From the IMG/VR virus record IMGVR_UViG_3300045988_117450, positions 28,684 through 92,683 of that record: a DNA stretch of 64,000 bases. One strand, 5' to 3'. This DNA comes from a virus. The notes beneath the pieces are model-generated. The model saw nothing but the letters and a program-made list of their open reading frames with translations. It was not told where the DNA came from and did not search any database. The position numbers were made by a program, and so were the translations under genes. Positions within the stretch are counted from its first letter, which is position 1. Each line of letters begins with the position of its first letter. Shown here piece by piece: positions 62,882 to 64,000 of this stretch.

Positions 62882-63349
62882 TTATGGTATTATTTGACTG
62901 TATGCAGACTTTTCCATGTACACAACACTATGCTCCTGTCCAAGTATTTTCTTTTCTGCCTCTTTCTTTATCGCACAATATCTCCCTGTACGATACGGAT
63001 TCTTTTGATCTGATCCATCCTCGACTTCGATAATAAAACAGCCTCCGTCATCTATTATCTTTTTGCAATCGTCACATACTCCGCCCGTGCATATATGATG
63101 CGGCGCCTGACCTTTGATATTATTTCCTAATAAAGCAATCCCCATCTCTTCGCCACATATCATGCAGACTTCTATAGACGGATTCAATCCGTGCTCTGGG
63201 TGTAATGTGATACCATCTTTCATTTTCTTTCCTCCTTTGTTTTTAATGTTGTGTGAGATCGCCGGAATCGAACCGACCTGCTGCACCATGAATCCCATAA
63301 AGCAAACGCTCCGATCTTCGCAGACGGGAGCGTTCTGTCTAAAGCACAA
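62882..63349 (-). CDS. Cys-rich hypothetical protein (probable start Met at 63223 with AGGAGG upstream; ~113 aa)
   Basis: CMICGEE...C..C..C motifs; the N-terminal extension in the track runs into tRNA-like element B. Confidence 0.45.
   Translation of the reverse strand: MCFRQNAPVCEDRSVCFMGFMVQQVGSIPAISHNIKNKGGKKMKDGITLHPEHGLNPSIEVCMICGEEMGIALLGNNIKGQAPHHICTGGVCDDCKKIIDDGGCFIIEVEDGSDQKNPYRTGRYCAIKKEAEKKILGQEHSVVYMEKSAYSQIIP
63252..63340 (-). ncRNA. tRNA-like 3' fragment B: T-arm (GTCGG-TTCGATT-CCGGC) plus acceptor 3' strand GATCTCA; no matching 5' half located
   Basis: Plus strand reads TGAGATC-GCCGG-AATCGAA-CCGAC (63253-63276); shares the ...ATCTCACA-AACA-T tail with fragment A. Confidence 0.4.
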
Positions 63350-63565
63350 GAAAATTAATGAAGAAAATTTTTCTCACTTACGACATAGCATCTAAAATAG
63401 CTATCAACACTATTTCTATGACAAGCATAATAGAGAATGTCTTAAATATCTTTTTCATATCTCCTCCTTTTTTATCTGTTCTTTTCACGTTCCACAATAA
63501 ACTGTTCCGGCTCTGCTCCGACCTACGCCCTACCTACAACCGCAGGCCTTAACCCAAGGCGCCGC

Positions 63566-63835
63566 CTACTCCCCCTCTATGGCAGCCTGTTCGTACCTAC
63601 AAATCCGGTCTCCATCTACGCAACTATCGCTATGTGATAACGAACATTCATCCTTATAACAATCATAAAAAACACACTCCTCACAACTGTAATCCCTAAC
63701 TTCTATAAAGCTAACTACCTTAGCATATACTATACCATCACTGCCTTCTATTCCTCTTACCCCAAAAATGGAACCTTCTACTTCTTTACTTAAATCTAAA
63801 TCGGGTGCAAAATCATATACGTTCATATTGTCCAT
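63566..63835 (-). CDS. hypothetical Cys-containing protein (89 aa)
   Basis: ORF in the minus block. Confidence 0.4.
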   Translation of the reverse strand: MDNMNVYDFAPDLDLSKEVEGSIFGVRGIEGSDGIVYAKVVSFIEVRDYSCEECVFYDCYKDECSLSHSDSCVDGDRICRYEQAAIEGE

Positions 63836-63850
63836 ATTTTAATTGTTAAA

Positions 63851-64000
63851 CATTTCACTTACTACTAACCCATAGAATGCTGTTTTAAACTACCAATCTA
63901 TTGAATTTTGTGGGAAAACCTACAGAATACTGTTTTAAAACTCTGATCTATTGAATTTTGTGGGAAAACCTACAGAATACTGTTTTAAAACTCTGATCTA
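63851..64000. repeat. 50-bp tandem direct repeat array (two perfect units 63901-63950 and 63951-64000, plus a degenerate upstream unit 63851-63900); the array runs off the window end
   Basis: Unit TTGAATTTTGTGGGAAAACCTACAGAATACTGTTTTAAAACTCTGATCTA repeated exactly; the preceding 50 nt match it partially (CCCATAGAATGCTGTTTTAAACTACCAATCTA). Confidence 0.8.

Noticed and set aside
62398-63340. Complete tRNA genes at the two tRNA-like loci
   Set aside because: Only the T-arm and 3' acceptor strand are recognisable. The best 5' partners (GTGAGGA, GTGAGAA) lie ~95-130 nt upstream and leave no D or anticodon arm, so these are called as 3' fragments only.
63851-64000. CRISPR array
   Set aside because: Units are 50 bp and directly abutting with no unique spacers; no cas genes.
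1-64000. Diversity-generating retroelement (reverse transcriptase plus TR/VR)
   Set aside because: No RT-like ORF (no YxDD motif protein) and no ~100-bp near-repeat pair with adenine-specific differences was noticed.

Overview
AT-rich (~35% GC) window densely packed with genes, read as part of a large Bacteroidetes-type phage or phage-like mobile genome. The host call rests on TAnnTTTG -7 boxes with short leaders upstream of several genes and the near absence of Shine-Dalgarno dependence.

Positions 1-27.7 kb are a plus-strand block. It holds two giant ORFs (2214 aa and 2138 aa, function unknown, probably virion, tail or ejected proteins), a cluster of small genes that includes a DUF2829 (Tad2-like) fusion, and a gene split by a single-nucleotide frameshift in a G9 homopolymer.

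Positions 28-64 kb are a minus-strand block of many small overlapping early-type genes plus a replication and recombination module: an SF2 DECH-box helicase carrying a LAGLIDADG-type intein, a DnaB-like helicase, a zinc-ribbon/TOPRIM primase candidate, two PD-(D/E)xK nucleases (one Cas4-like with an Fe-S cysteine cluster), and an HNH-like protein. An ACP / NfeD-like / flotillin (SPFH) three-gene operon sits inside this replication operon, which is unusual.

Four TnpB (IS200/IS605 OrfB, RuvC-like) loci are present and none has a tnpA. They comprise one full element, an internally deleted 566-bp copy of it in inverted orientation about 26 kb away, and two unrelated tnpB genes. Both related copies sit next to the same flank motif TTATGAT at the left end and both land at gene 3' ends.

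Other signals: two tRNA-like 3' fragments (T-arm plus acceptor 3' strand) on the minus strand; a 50-bp perfect tandem repeat running off the window end; at least 12 discrete 60-100 bp GC-rich islands (~65% GC) embedded in-frame inside AT-rich genes with a local switch to GC-rich synonymous codons; and several rho-independent terminators. No CRISPR array, rRNA or complete canonical tRNA could be supported.
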